A DNA stretch of 64,000 bases from an uncultured cyanobacterium (GTDB taxonomy: Bacteria; Cyanobacteriota; Cyanobacteriia; PCC-9006; JAAUQQ01): NCBI GenBank assembly GCA_963718615.1, contig OY970368.1, positions 2,784,001-2,848,000 of the forward strand, given 5' to 3'. Shown one piece after another: positions 49,115-58,486 of this stretch; the first letter of the stretch is position 1; each line of letters begins with the position of its first letter. Under the pieces are notes generated by a model. The model was given only the letters and a program-made list of their open reading frames with translations, was not told the origin of the DNA and did not search any database. Both the position numbers and the translations under genes were made by a program.

Positions 49115-51106
49115 TTACTTCGCTGTCAACTGCGTCAACACCTGATTCGATCGCTCCACAAACGCCTTCATGCCATCCGCATCAAAGCCCTTCTGAGCCA
49201 TCAGCGCCAAATCATACACATGCTGACAGAGCATATTCGCCAACTCACCCGACGGAGAGGATGCTCCCTCGCCCGTAATGATGCTGCCGCCGCTGAGACT
49301 GATTAGATTTTGAATCAGCGGGTGATTCGTATTCACCAACAGCGTGTGCATCTCCGGGAACTGGACTTCCTTATTTTGGAACATCGCACTCATCTCCTGC
49401 ATCCGGCGCAGTTCCTCTGGCAACAACACCATTGCAGGCGGCGTTGAAGCATCGCCCTTGAGCGCTTCTGTGCGGATGGTGACCTGGGGTTTGCCCAAGG
49501 CTTGCTCAAAGATCTCCTTGACCTGCTCCGCCTTCGTTTTATTCGTTGTTGGATCGACAATTTCGTCCGCCTTATCCTCCTCCATCAGCGTCGAATCTAG
49601 ATCCGAATCCACCCGTGAGAACTTGATTTCCTTCTCGCGGTACTCATTCTCCAGGAAGCTAACAAAATGCGTGTCGATAAACGCATCTAGGAACAGCACC
49701 TCTAGACCCTGATTTTTGTGCAGGTCTACATAGGTTGCCTGGGCTGCCGCATCATTGCAATAGTAAACGCGGTTTTCGTGGCGGTCTTTGTTGCGATCGA
49801 GATATTCCTGCAACGTCGTATAGCTGCGGCCTTCTGCATCGGTATGTTTTGACTTTGGCGTCGCATCCGCCCAGGCATCCTCACCCTCCGGCGTTTGGAC
49901 CTCCACCTGAACTTCCGCCTGCTCCGAATCCGCACCGCTCAGATCCGCCGTGGTCCGATAGATAATGTAATCCTCGACCTGGGTCTTGAACTTCTCGTCG
50001 TTCATTGCCCCAAACTTAACGAAGGTACCTAGGTCTTGCCAGTTCTCGATGTACTTGGAGAGGTCTTCCTTATAGAGCTCCTTGAGGCGATCGCCCACCT
50101 TCTTACTAATAAAATTCGCGATCCCCCGCACCTTACGATCCAACTGCAACGCGCTGCGGCTAACATTTAGCGGAATATCCGGGCTATCAATCACCCCCCG
50201 CATGGGCAGCAAAAACTTCGGCACGATCTCTTCGCAGTGGTCGCTGACAAACACCTGATTGCAGAACAGCTTGAGCTGCCCCTTCGTCACGTCCACCGTG
50301 GGATTGAGTTTGGGGAAATACAGGATCCCATTTACCAGGAACGGATAATCCGTATTGAGGTGAACCCACAGCAGGGGATCCTCCTGGAACGGATAAAGAT
50401 AGCGATAGAACTCCAGATAATCCTCATCGGTCAAATTGCTTGGGGACTCCCGCCAGATCGCCTTTTGCCGATTGAGGACCTCGTCACCAAGCTTAATAGC
50501 CACCGGCATGAAATCGCAGTAGGTCTTAACAAGCTGCTTGATCCGGCCCTCTTCCAGGTACTCCGCTTCCTCTTCATTGATATGGAGCACAATGCTCGTC
50601 CCTTTCTCGGTGCGCTCCGAGCCGCTCAGCTCAAACGAGGGCGAGCCATCACACTTCCAATGGACCGGTTCCGCACCCTCCCGCCAGGATAGGGTATCAA
50701 TCTCCACTTGGTCTGAAACCATGAATGCTGAGTAAAAACCTAGGCCAAAGTGCCCAATAATCGGTTGGTCAGCACCACCCTTATACTTTTCAATAAATTC
50801 TTCTGCGCTCGAAAACGCCACTTGGTTGATATACCGCTTCACCTCATCAGCGGTCATGCCGATGCCGTTATCCGTGATCGTCAGCGTTTTTGCGTCCTTA
50901 TCTACGGAGATGACAATCTCGGGTTCTGCCTCTTCACCGCCGATCTCCCCGGCGTAGGCCACCATTTTCCGCTTCTGGATTGCATCCACCGCATTAGAGA
51001 CCAACTCCCGGAAGAAGACCTCGTGATCCGAGTAAAGCGACTTCTTGATGATGGGGAAGATGTTCTCGGTATTGAAGGTAATGTTGCCTTGTTCGAGTAC
51101 GGTCAT
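49115..51106 (-). CDS. htpG: Hsp90 chaperone HtpG
   Basis: LYSDHEVFFRELVSNA, DNGIGMT, IGHFGLGFYS and DSPDIPLNVSR motifs. Confidence 0.98.
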   Translation of the reverse strand: MTVLEQGNITFNTENIFPIIKKSLYSDHEVFFRELVSNAVDAIQKRKMVAYAGEIGGEEAEPEIVISVDKDAKTLTITDNGIGMTADEVKRYINQVAFSSAEEFIEKYKGGADQPIIGHFGLGFYSAFMVSDQVEIDTLSWREGAEPVHWKCDGSPSFELSGSERTEKGTSIVLHINEEEAEYLEEGRIKQLVKTYCDFMPVAIKLGDEVLNRQKAIWRESPSNLTDEDYLEFYRYLYPFQEDPLLWVHLNTDYPFLVNGILYFPKLNPTVDVTKGQLKLFCNQVFVSDHCEEIVPKFLLPMRGVIDSPDIPLNVSRSALQLDRKVRGIANFISKKVGDRLKELYKEDLSKYIENWQDLGTFVKFGAMNDEKFKTQVEDYIIYRTTADLSGADSEQAEVQVEVQTPEGEDAWADATPKSKHTDAEGRSYTTLQEYLDRNKDRHENRVYYCNDAAAQATYVDLHKNQGLEVLFLDAFIDTHFVSFLENEYREKEIKFSRVDSDLDSTLMEEDKADEIVDPTTNKTKAEQVKEIFEQALGKPQVTIRTEALKGDASTPPAMVLLPEELRRMQEMSAMFQNKEVQFPEMHTLLVNTNHPLIQNLISLSGGSIITGEGASSPSGELANMLCQHVYDLALMAQKGFDADGMKAFVERSNQVLTQLTAK

Positions 51107-51186
51107 AGGTTTGCAGGGGAATAGCCATAGAAATAAACCTTTACCTATTGTGAATGAATATCGAGTTCTCTATAAATACCGTTGAA

Positions 51187-51202
51187 GTACGGATCTCCCC
51201 AC
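51187..51202 (-). promoter_or_regulatory. K-box/Rre1-type heat-shock element upstream of htpG
   Basis: GTACGG-ATCT-CCCCAC resembles the cyanobacterial K-box GTTCGG-N4-CCNNAC. A possible -10 (CACAAT, minus strand, 51147-51152) lies between it and the htpG start. Confidence 0.5.
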
Positions 51203-51723
51203 CCACCGAATTTAAGGGTGAACAGTATTTTTCAGCAAGCAAAATAACGAATTGCTAGTTTGTCTTAGTCAAATGATTGACAAAGATTCTTATTCCGGAA
51301 ACTTAATATATAGATCCAATATAGAACCCAAAGAGAATATTTTAGATTTACAGCAACTTTGTCTTTGATTTTTATTCGCCAGAATCTTATTGAAAACGCG
51401 AAGATTAGGCACGGTTTTAAGCGGTTTTATGAAGTCAGCAAAAAGCAAATCAAATTGCATTTTGTCCGTAAGTTTTCTGATGTTTATTTCGGTGTTTTTT
51501 TTGAGAATTGCAAGTGTCAAGCAACGAGGATTCACCAAAACCTTGAGTGATTCTTAGGTCTCAAATCTCTGAGTATTGAGTTTATCTCCGCGCTCATTTG
51601 CCGAATCGGTTCCGTTACGATCTAGGCGGTTCGTTGGGGAAAACTAAGAATCAGAAGCTTCAAGAAATCGGTTTATTTCTCGTTTGGCTTTCGTGTTGCT
51701 CTCTTTCTCTACTGCCATTTGTC

Positions 51724-52467
51724 ATGAAATCTAACGTCTTTCGTCTCTCCCTTGGTTTAGCTACTGCTGCGATCGCCTCTCTAAATGCCGCCGCTGCCTC
51801 CGCGTTCCCAACTATCCAGCTTGACCAGGCAACGCTCGATACTTTTAATGCCAGCTATGTCCAAAATGAGCGCGCGTTTAAGAGTGACGCGGGTTCCTTT
51901 CAGGTCGATCTAAACTCGCTGTTCTTCAGCAACAGCAAAAAAGATGTGGAAGTGTACTTTGTCAATGAAGGGGCTAGAAACAATAGCCAGCTTTCTTTTT
52001 CCCTCAATGGCGGAGCCTCCAGCGTCATTTTTGACCAAATTACGTCTCAAGAGAGTGTTGTGTCAGAGACCAATGGCGTTTTGACCCTGGGCGAGGGCCG
52101 AAACCTCGGTCAGGCTGCAAAAGGCACTCAAGTGGAATTTTCGTTCATGGTGAACGACTATCGTTCTGGCAAATCGACCTATACCTATAGCACTAACGAA
52201 GCCAACAATCCGGATGGTTTGCAGCATCTCGTCGGCTATGAATACCTAGATGGTGCCGGTGAAAAATGGCTGATTTTAGGTCTGGAAGACCGCTACGGGG
52301 ATGGTTCTGTGCACGAAGGCGCTAGTTCGGACCGGGACTTCAATGACGTTGTGATCGCAGTCAAGGGGCTATCCACGACCCCGGTTCCCGAGCCCGGGAT
52401 GATGCTGGGTCTGGCCGGAACGGCAGTCGCTGGGTTGCTGAAGCTCCGTCGCCGGGACGAAGTCTAA
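51724..52467 (+). CDS. PEP-CTERM sorting-domain protein with DUF4114-like domain
   Basis: Signal peptide, NPDGLQH, GLED and SDRDFNDVV motifs, and C-terminal VPEP + TM + KLRRR; ATG at 51724. Confidence 0.9.
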   Translation: MKSNVFRLSLGLATAAIASLNAAAASAFPTIQLDQATLDTFNASYVQNERAFKSDAGSFQVDLNSLFFSNSKKDVEVYFVNEGARNNSQLSFSLNGGASSVIFDQITSQESVVSETNGVLTLGEGRNLGQAAKGTQVEFSFMVNDYRSGKSTYTYSTNEANNPDGLQHLVGYEYLDGAGEKWLILGLEDRYGDGSVHEGASSDRDFNDVVIAVKGLSTTPVPEPGMMLGLAGTAVAGLLKLRRRDEV

Positions 52468-52606
52468 AGGACGGACAGATTGCCGATTGAGAGCAGATTT
52501 AAGATCGACAGGATAGAGAAGTACAGCGGTATGGTTCGATGGAGGGGCAACCTTCTTCAATGGATTTCCTTGAAGTCCAGCGGTCTAGACCGTAATCTAT
52601 CGAGCC

Positions 52607-53839
52607 ATGCCTTCCTTGCCCTCGTCCTTTGTTGAACACCTGAGCGAATGGATTACTGCTCAATCTCACCAGCGCATTACGTTTGCCCAATATATGGATT
52701 GGGTGCTCTACTCTTCCCCAGGGGGCTACTACAGCAAAGGTATCGGTGTAGGACCCCAAGGCGATTTTGTAACTTCTCCCCATCTCAGCCATGATTTTGG
52801 TGAGCTCCTGGCGGTACAACTGGCCCAGATGTGGCAAGTGTTGGGCGGTCCGGAGTCTTTTGCTTTGGTCGAAATGGGCGCTGGACAGGGCCTGTTGGCG
52901 ATCGATATTTTGCGATTCCTCGCCCAGAATTTTCCCGATTGCTATGCCACCGTTGATTATTTGATAGTTGAAAAATCGACGGGATTGAGGCGATCGCAAC
53001 GCCAGCGCTGTCAAGCCGCCAATCTAGACCCCCTACCGCGCTGGCTCGACTGGGACGAGATTCCTGAAGACTCCCTCGTGGGCTGCTGTTTTTCCAATGA
53101 GCTGGTGGATGCGTTTCCAGTTCATCGAGTAGAGATTCAGGCCGGACAATTGCAGGAAGTCTATGTACAGGTTCAGCAACCCAGGGGGCTAGGGCCAACC
53201 GGTGCAATTGATGCAGCCGATGCAGCCGATGTAGCAACGCCCTTTGCAGAAACCCTAGGAGCCCCTTCCACGCCTGAACTTCAAGCCTATTTTGATGCTT
53301 TGGGCATCGATCTGAGTTCCTATCCTGATGGTTACCGTACCGAGGTCAATTTAGCGGCCCGAGACTGGCTAGAAACCGTGGCCAGCCGCCTGCGGCGCGG
53401 CTATTGCCTAACCGTTGACTATGGCTACAGTGCCGATCGCTATTACCTTCCTAGCCGCAGCCAGGGCACGCTCCAAGCCTATACCCGTCACCGTCACCAC
53501 AGTGATCCCTATATCAAGGTTGGCGACCAGGACTTAACGGCCCATGTGAATTTTACGGCGCTGGAGCAATGGGGTGAAGCCCTGGGCTTGCAGAAACTGG
53601 GTTTTACCCAGCAGGCTTTGTTTTTGATGGCCTTGGGATTGGGCGATCGCCTCACCGCCCTCGCCAGCAATGCCACCGACCTCACCGCCATACAGCAGGC
53701 CATCCAACGGCGGGAACAGCTCCATCAACTGATGAATCCTCTAGGTTTAGGCGGGTTTGGCGTGTTGCTCCAAGGCAAAGGGCTAACCCTAGCTGAACGG
53801 ACCGTTGCGCTTAAAGGTTGGTCATTACCCCAGCCATGA
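52607..53839 (+). CDS. NDUFAF7/MidA-family SAM-dependent methyltransferase
   Basis: GYY, GDFVTSP, EMGAGQG, SNELVDAFP, DYG and QDLTAHVNF motifs. Confidence 0.92.
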   Translation: MPSLPSSFVEHLSEWITAQSHQRITFAQYMDWVLYSSPGGYYSKGIGVGPQGDFVTSPHLSHDFGELLAVQLAQMWQVLGGPESFALVEMGAGQGLLAIDILRFLAQNFPDCYATVDYLIVEKSTGLRRSQRQRCQAANLDPLPRWLDWDEIPEDSLVGCCFSNELVDAFPVHRVEIQAGQLQEVYVQVQQPRGLGPTGAIDAADAADVATPFAETLGAPSTPELQAYFDALGIDLSSYPDGYRTEVNLAARDWLETVASRLRRGYCLTVDYGYSADRYYLPSRSQGTLQAYTRHRHHSDPYIKVGDQDLTAHVNFTALEQWGEALGLQKLGFTQQALFLMALGLGDRLTALASNATDLTAIQQAIQRREQLHQLMNPLGLGGFGVLLQGKGLTLAERTVALKGWSLPQP

Positions 53840-53974
53840 GCCATTAGAAAACTTAGAAAAACTGCATCAATGGTCACAGGAGTTGTAATCTCGCTTGAGC
53901 AAGTCAACTATCCCTCACTTTGGAGCAATGTAGGAGGTTCCGTTGTCAACTCTCTAGGCATTTTTTGTAGCTTG

Positions 53975-54129
53975 AATCACAGAAAGCGGTCCCTCGCTCT
54001 GAGAACGTAGTCAGATAGGTTTCAGCTCGTCCGCAATTGCCTGCTGAAGATGGGGAACGATAAATTCGACCCCCGGCCTTGGTAGCCTTGGGTTGCGGAC
54101 TAGAGTTGGGAGATGCATCGTCGGTGATT
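53975..54129 (+). ncRNA. Candidate structured cis-regulatory leader RNA (family not recognised)
   Basis: Nested complementary segments read by eye: AATCAC/GTGATT, TCAGCTC/GAGTTGG, GTCCGCAA/TTGCGGAC, CTGCTGAAG/CTTGGTAG, GGGG/CCCC, plus a 5' hairpin AGCG/CGCT. Confidence 0.45.
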
Positions 54130-54160
54130 TTACTCCAAACCGATTCGTTCCACAGACTGC

Positions 54161-55201
54161 ATGATTTCTCACGTATTGTTGGACCGGCACAAAGTGAGTC
54201 TCTCCGAAAGCGCAGGTTCGGACTGCTTTCCGGTGGAGTACTCGACCCTTTCCTGTGATGCTCTAACCCAGCGTGTGTTGGCGCAGTATGCGATCGCGCC
54301 CGTCGTTTCCTGTCGGCTTTGGAACCGGGGCCTCAGCGATATTTATTTGGTCGAGACCCGAGACCAGCCCTACATTCTGCGAGTCTCCCATGCCCATTGG
54401 CGCAGTCAGGGGGAGGTTGAGTTTGAACTGGCGTTCCTTGACTGCCTTCGCCAACATGGTGTCCCCGTTGCCTATCCCCTGCTGACCCAGGCGGGAGATC
54501 TCTGTATCGAGATTGCGGCACCGGAAGGTAAGCGCTATGCAGCGCTGTTTGTCTTTGCCCTCGGCGATGTTCCGCTCTGTGATCTCAATCAGATTCAAGC
54601 TGCAGCCCTGGGAGCCAAAGTGGCTGAAGTCCATACCCTAGCCAGTCGATTTCGTCCCCCCTGCCATCGGCCTCCGCTGGTGTTAGATCATTTGTTGGAT
54701 GAGTCATTAACAACGATTTTGCCGTTTTTTGCCCAGCAACCGAAGGAGCAGCAGTATCTTCAGGATTTGCGATCGCAGCTCCAAGCCCGTCTAGCCCACC
54801 TCCCCCAAGAATCCCCCTACTGGGTCGTTTGCTGGGGGGATCCCCACAGCGGCAATGTTCACTTTACTCCCGAGGGTAATCTGACGCTGTTTGATTTTGA
54901 TCAGTGTGGTTATGGCTGGCGGACGTTTGATATTGCTAAGTTTTTGCAAACCTCGTTGCGTACCGGGCTTAACTTTGTCGCCCGTCAGGCCTTTCTAGAG
55001 GGCTATGAGTCGGTTGTGTCCCTAGAGGAATGGGAGCTGAGTTCCCTGGCGGATTTGGTGCAGGTGGCGCATATTTGGGGCTGGGCCATTCGTTTGAAAG
55101 CAGCGCAGTTGCATAGTTATAGTCAGTTAGACGATCGCTACTTTACCCAGCGTCTGCACCAGCTTAAGAGCTTTCGGCAGCAGAACTGGCAGTTATTTTA
55201 G
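54161..55201 (+). CDS. APH/homoserine-kinase-type phosphotransferase
   Basis: YILRV, FEL..L, CWGDPHSGN (Brenner-motif variant) and FDFDQCG..W..FDIA. Confidence 0.88.
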   Translation: MISHVLLDRHKVSLSESAGSDCFPVEYSTLSCDALTQRVLAQYAIAPVVSCRLWNRGLSDIYLVETRDQPYILRVSHAHWRSQGEVEFELAFLDCLRQHGVPVAYPLLTQAGDLCIEIAAPEGKRYAALFVFALGDVPLCDLNQIQAAALGAKVAEVHTLASRFRPPCHRPPLVLDHLLDESLTTILPFFAQQPKEQQYLQDLRSQLQARLAHLPQESPYWVVCWGDPHSGNVHFTPEGNLTLFDFDQCGYGWRTFDIAKFLQTSLRTGLNFVARQAFLEGYESVVSLEEWELSSLADLVQVAHIWGWAIRLKAAQLHSYSQLDDRYFTQRLHQLKSFRQQNWQLF

Positions 55202-55770
55202 GCATTAAGAAACAAGATATTGGCGTAGAGGGTTGCGATCGCCACCTCAACACCCAAGCTTTCCAACCTCACGACGTCTCCCTTCCCATAGGGAGAGTAG
55301 AGCCACATGCGACCCTCTCCCCGTCGATAGACCTCTACCCCTATTTTGCTGGCATTGACTAGCACGTACTCCTGCAAGGACTCAATCTGACGATACTCAT
55401 TCCATTTATCTCCCCGATCTACAGATTCGGTACCCGGAGAGAGAACCTCAACGATCAAAGTTGGAAATCGAACGAACTTTGCTTCTTGAAAATCGCGATC
55501 ATCACAGGTCACTAGCAAGTCAGGATAACGATAACTTCCCTGCTTCGTCACTTGAAGCTTGACATCCGCAATATTGATACGACCCCCCCTCTCCCGCACA
55601 ACGCCATGGATAGACGTTAAAAGATTAACCGCAATATCGTTATGGGGAACGGTTCCCCCCGTCATGGCGACTAAGACCCCGCTGACATATTCGTAGCGCA
55701 GCTCTTGCCGGGGTTCCCAGGCCAGATATTCTTCAGCGGATAAGGTGAAACTGCTTGGAGTCGCAATCAT
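55198..55770 (-). CDS. Uma2-family endonuclease-like protein
   Basis: EYLAWE, MTGGT..H, YPD, EVLSPGT...DRGDK and EYVLV motifs. Confidence 0.92.
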   Translation of the reverse strand: MIATPSSFTLSAEEYLAWEPRQELRYEYVSGVLVAMTGGTVPHNDIAVNLLTSIHGVVRERGGRINIADVKLQVTKQGSYRYPDLLVTCDDRDFQEAKFVRFPTLIVEVLSPGTESVDRGDKWNEYRQIESLQEYVLVNASKIGVEVYRRGEGRMWLYSPYGKGDVVRLESLGVEVAIATLYANILFLNA

Positions 55771-55896
55771 TAATGTTCCCCATTAAAACATCTAGCCCAT
55801 ACATATCTGGCCCATAGGGGGTTGTTTTGCTACAGACGCTTGACGGCCTCTCAGGAAATCGGCAAAGCTTAGGTGAGATCCGTTTGCTGTACCCCC

Positions 55897-56661
55897 ATGG
55901 CCATTATCTCGCTGAAAGCTTGGTATCTCCAAGAATACGAGCCTGTTCGAGACTTAGAAAACCGTCCCCACGATTTGCGGCTGAGCAAAAGCAGTTTGCT
56001 CAAATCAGCACTGCGGGCAGATTTTTTGGATGAAGCCGCCGAGGTCAAACAATCCGAGTGGTTTCAGCGCTATCTCGAAGGAGAACTGGTGGAGTTTTAC
56101 ATTGAGGGAAGCGGGGGGTATGGGATCGCCAACATCGACCTCGTCAGCCATGAAATTTATTTCACCAAGCGGGACGTCCTCTCCAATCTAGACCCAACAA
56201 TTTTTTTCAGCTACCAAACCGAATACAGCGAATCCGGTGAGCTACTGCGGACAGCGCTGAAACAGGCGATCGAAAAATTTAACAAAAAATCTCGCATCCC
56301 CCTCACCCTCGAAGAATCCAACCGCCTCAGTGACGGTCCCCTGCGGCTACAAAGCACACTGATGCGGAAACTGCGCAAAAGCCTGCTGTTCATCGCTGAT
56401 GCCACCCCCATCGTGGCGCTGGAAGACAGTCCGCCTCTACTCTTCCCGAGCCCTGCCGTCTGCGTCGAAGTAGGCTACGCGCTCCAGTGCAAGCGACCCG
56501 AACAAATCCTGATTGGGCAACAAACCCGCAGCGATCTGCCCGGTCAGTTTTCCTTCGATGTTGCCCCCGGCCAACGCTTCCAGTTCAAGACCGAAGCCGA
56601 CCTACGCAAAACCCTGGGAAGCCTCCTAGAAGAGCAATTGCAGCGGTTCAACCTCCTCTAG
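55897..56661 (+). CDS. Hypothetical protein with C-terminal TIR-like/nucleoside-deoxyribosyltransferase-like domain
   Basis: N-terminal MAIISLKAWY..SHEIYFTK module; C-terminal IFFSYQ, SLLFIADATP and PSPAVCVEVGYAL. Confidence 0.75.
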   Translation: MAIISLKAWYLQEYEPVRDLENRPHDLRLSKSSLLKSALRADFLDEAAEVKQSEWFQRYLEGELVEFYIEGSGGYGIANIDLVSHEIYFTKRDVLSNLDPTIFFSYQTEYSESGELLRTALKQAIEKFNKKSRIPLTLEESNRLSDGPLRLQSTLMRKLRKSLLFIADATPIVALEDSPPLLFPSPAVCVEVGYALQCKRPEQILIGQQTRSDLPGQFSFDVAPGQRFQFKTEADLRKTLGSLLEEQLQRFNLL

Positions 56662-56899
56662 CGCCGGTAGATACCAACTTCCATAGGACACAATCGCAAA
56701 TTTCCGGGGGATTGCGGGTAAGTTTTTGACAGCGATTAGCCCATCCTAAAGGAGAGAAAATGCCGTTTCCGACGGTAGAGACAGATTCGTCTCTAAACTT
56801 CCTCGATAATCGTTAAACTAATTCGGTTAGCTTTCCATCCTCGGGGCTTCTCCCAATGGGAACATTCCCCGCTAACTGAAACCCCGTAAGGAGCGTCCT

Positions 56900-57154
56900 A
56901 TGGCCAGAACTGCAAGCGAATATGCGGTCCACCTCTTCTTCGAAGGAGGACTGAAGGAAGAAGTCCGGTTTCCCACGATTCAGGATTTTCAAAAATGGTA
57001 TAGCAGCGAGCTCATGCCCAAATCTGACTCCACAGACTTCATTAAGGTCCCCATCAAAAATGTCGAAGGGGAATACATGGTCGCCCGTCCCGCCAAAATC
57101 ATGGCCCTGCGGGTCGAACCGATTTTCTCGTCCAGTGTCGAGCGTTTCTACTAA
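56900..57154 (+). CDS. Small hypothetical protein (84 aa)
   Basis: Strong SD (AAGGAG), protein-like composition, co-directional with mltA. Confidence 0.8.
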   Translation: MARTASEYAVHLFFEGGLKEEVRFPTIQDFQKWYSSELMPKSDSTDFIKVPIKNVEGEYMVARPAKIMALRVEPIFSSSVERFY

Positions 57155-57181
57155 CCTCTCGTGAGGCAGGAAAAAGACCCT

Positions 57182-58486
57182 ATGACGTTTCAACCGCTGG
57201 TGGCAGGCGCGATCGCCACCAGCCTCCTTGGTCTGCTCAGCATTCCCCTCGCTGCCTGCAACCCCCAAGCCACCGCCACCGTTCCTGCCAACCCAACCGC
57301 TACACCCAGTTCCGCTCCCCCTCTTACCCCATCACCTGCCACCCCATCACCCGCCACCCCATCACCCGCCACCCCATCACCCCCAGCCCTAAAATCCCTC
57401 AGCCAACCGCCGAACCTGGGCTTAGATACCCAGATTTGGGGTGAACAGGAGTCTGAACGGGGGGGCGATCGCGCAGCCCTGCTCACCGCCATTGACCACA
57501 GCCTTCGCTATCTCGACACCCCCAAAGCTGCCGAAGATTACAAAACCTATCCCATTCCTGGCGTTACCCAAGACCGGGTAAGGCGCAGCCTGCGACGGTT
57601 CCGGCAGCTCGTCCGCTATAGTGGCTCAGCCCAGGCCCTACGCAAGGCCGTTCAGCGAGAATTCGAGTTTTATCAGGCGAGCGGTAACGATGGTCAAGGG
57701 ACCGTTCATTTCACTGGCTACTTTGAGCCCACTTACGCCGCCAGCGCCAGTCCGACCGCTGAATATCGTTATCCCCTGTTCAAACGCCCTACCGACCTCG
57801 ACCAGTGGCCCAAACCCCACCCCGATCGCCTTGCCCTCGAAGGCAAAGACGGTTTGCAGGCTAGTCAGGGTAAACTCAAGGGACTAGAACTGGTATGGCT
57901 CAAGAGTCGGCTCGAAGCCTTTTTGGTGCAGGTGCAGGGTTCCGCCAAGCTTGCTCTGACTGACGGTAGTACAATGACAGTAGGCTATGCGGGTCGAACC
58001 GACTATCCTTACGTCAGCGTGGGCCGCGAGCTCGTCAACGACGGCAAGTTTACCCTTGAGGACCTGTCTCTTCCCGTCATGCTGAATTACTTTCGCCAAA
58101 ACCCTCAGAGCCTGGACGAATATCTACCGCGTAATTCGCGATTTGTCTTTTTCAAGGAAACCGGTGGGGCACCGGCAACGGGCAGTCTTGCGGTTCCGGT
58201 GACGGCAGGTCGCTCCATCGCCACCGACAAGTCCCTTATGCCGCCGGGAGCGTTGGCGCTGCTCGAAACCCCATTGCCCACCCCATTACCCCATACCGAA
58301 GGGCCAGGTCGCTACCGTAAACAAACCGTAAGCCGCTTTGTTCTGGATCAGGACACGGGAGGGGCTATCCAGGGCGCAGGCCGAGTTGACTTATTCGTGG
58401 GCACGGGGGTTGAAGCGGGCGATCGCGCCGGACTCATCAACGACACCGGACAGCTCTATTACCTCTTACTCAAGGATGGATTCTAG
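57182..58486 (+). CDS. mltA: Membrane-bound lytic murein transglycosylase A (lipoprotein)
   Basis: Lipobox LAAC, FTGYFEP, VQGS, RSIATD, DTGGAIQG..RVDLF (3D domain). Confidence 0.93.
   Translation: MTFQPLVAGAIATSLLGLLSIPLAACNPQATATVPANPTATPSSAPPLTPSPATPSPATPSPATPSPPALKSLSQPPNLGLDTQIWGEQESERGGDRAALLTAIDHSLRYLDTPKAAEDYKTYPIPGVTQDRVRRSLRRFRQLVRYSGSAQALRKAVQREFEFYQASGNDGQGTVHFTGYFEPTYAASASPTAEYRYPLFKRPTDLDQWPKPHPDRLALEGKDGLQASQGKLKGLELVWLKSRLEAFLVQVQGSAKLALTDGSTMTVGYAGRTDYPYVSVGRELVNDGKFTLEDLSLPVMLNYFRQNPQSLDEYLPRNSRFVFFKETGGAPATGSLAVPVTAGRSIATDKSLMPPGALALLETPLPTPLPHTEGPGRYRKQTVSRFVLDQDTGGAIQGAGRVDLFVGTGVEAGDRAGLINDTGQLYYLLLKDGF
57326..57382 (+). repeat. 15-bp in-frame tandem repeat (ACCCCATCACCYGCC, ~3.8 copies) encoding a TPSPA linker
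   Basis: Read directly in the N-terminal linker of mltA. Confidence 0.9.

Noticed and set aside
51107-51290. CIRCE operator upstream of htpG
   Set aside because: No TTAGCACTC-N9-GAGTGCTAA was found; only a K-box-like element.
51598-51723. N-terminal extension of the PEP-CTERM ORF
   Set aside because: The signal peptide starts at MKSNVF (51724); the upstream TTG frame lies within a structured leader.
54044-54080. CTGAAGA plus a stem as a hammerhead ribozyme core
   Set aside because: The required GAAA after stem II is absent (CGGCC instead).
42099-55770. The two Uma2 genes as a defence system
   Set aside because: They are solitary, unlinked members of a family that is highly expanded in cyanobacteria, and have no partner genes.
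58338-58475. N-terminal extension of the antiporter ORF
   Set aside because: It overlaps the mltA catalytic end in another frame; the first TM follows the ATG at 58476.
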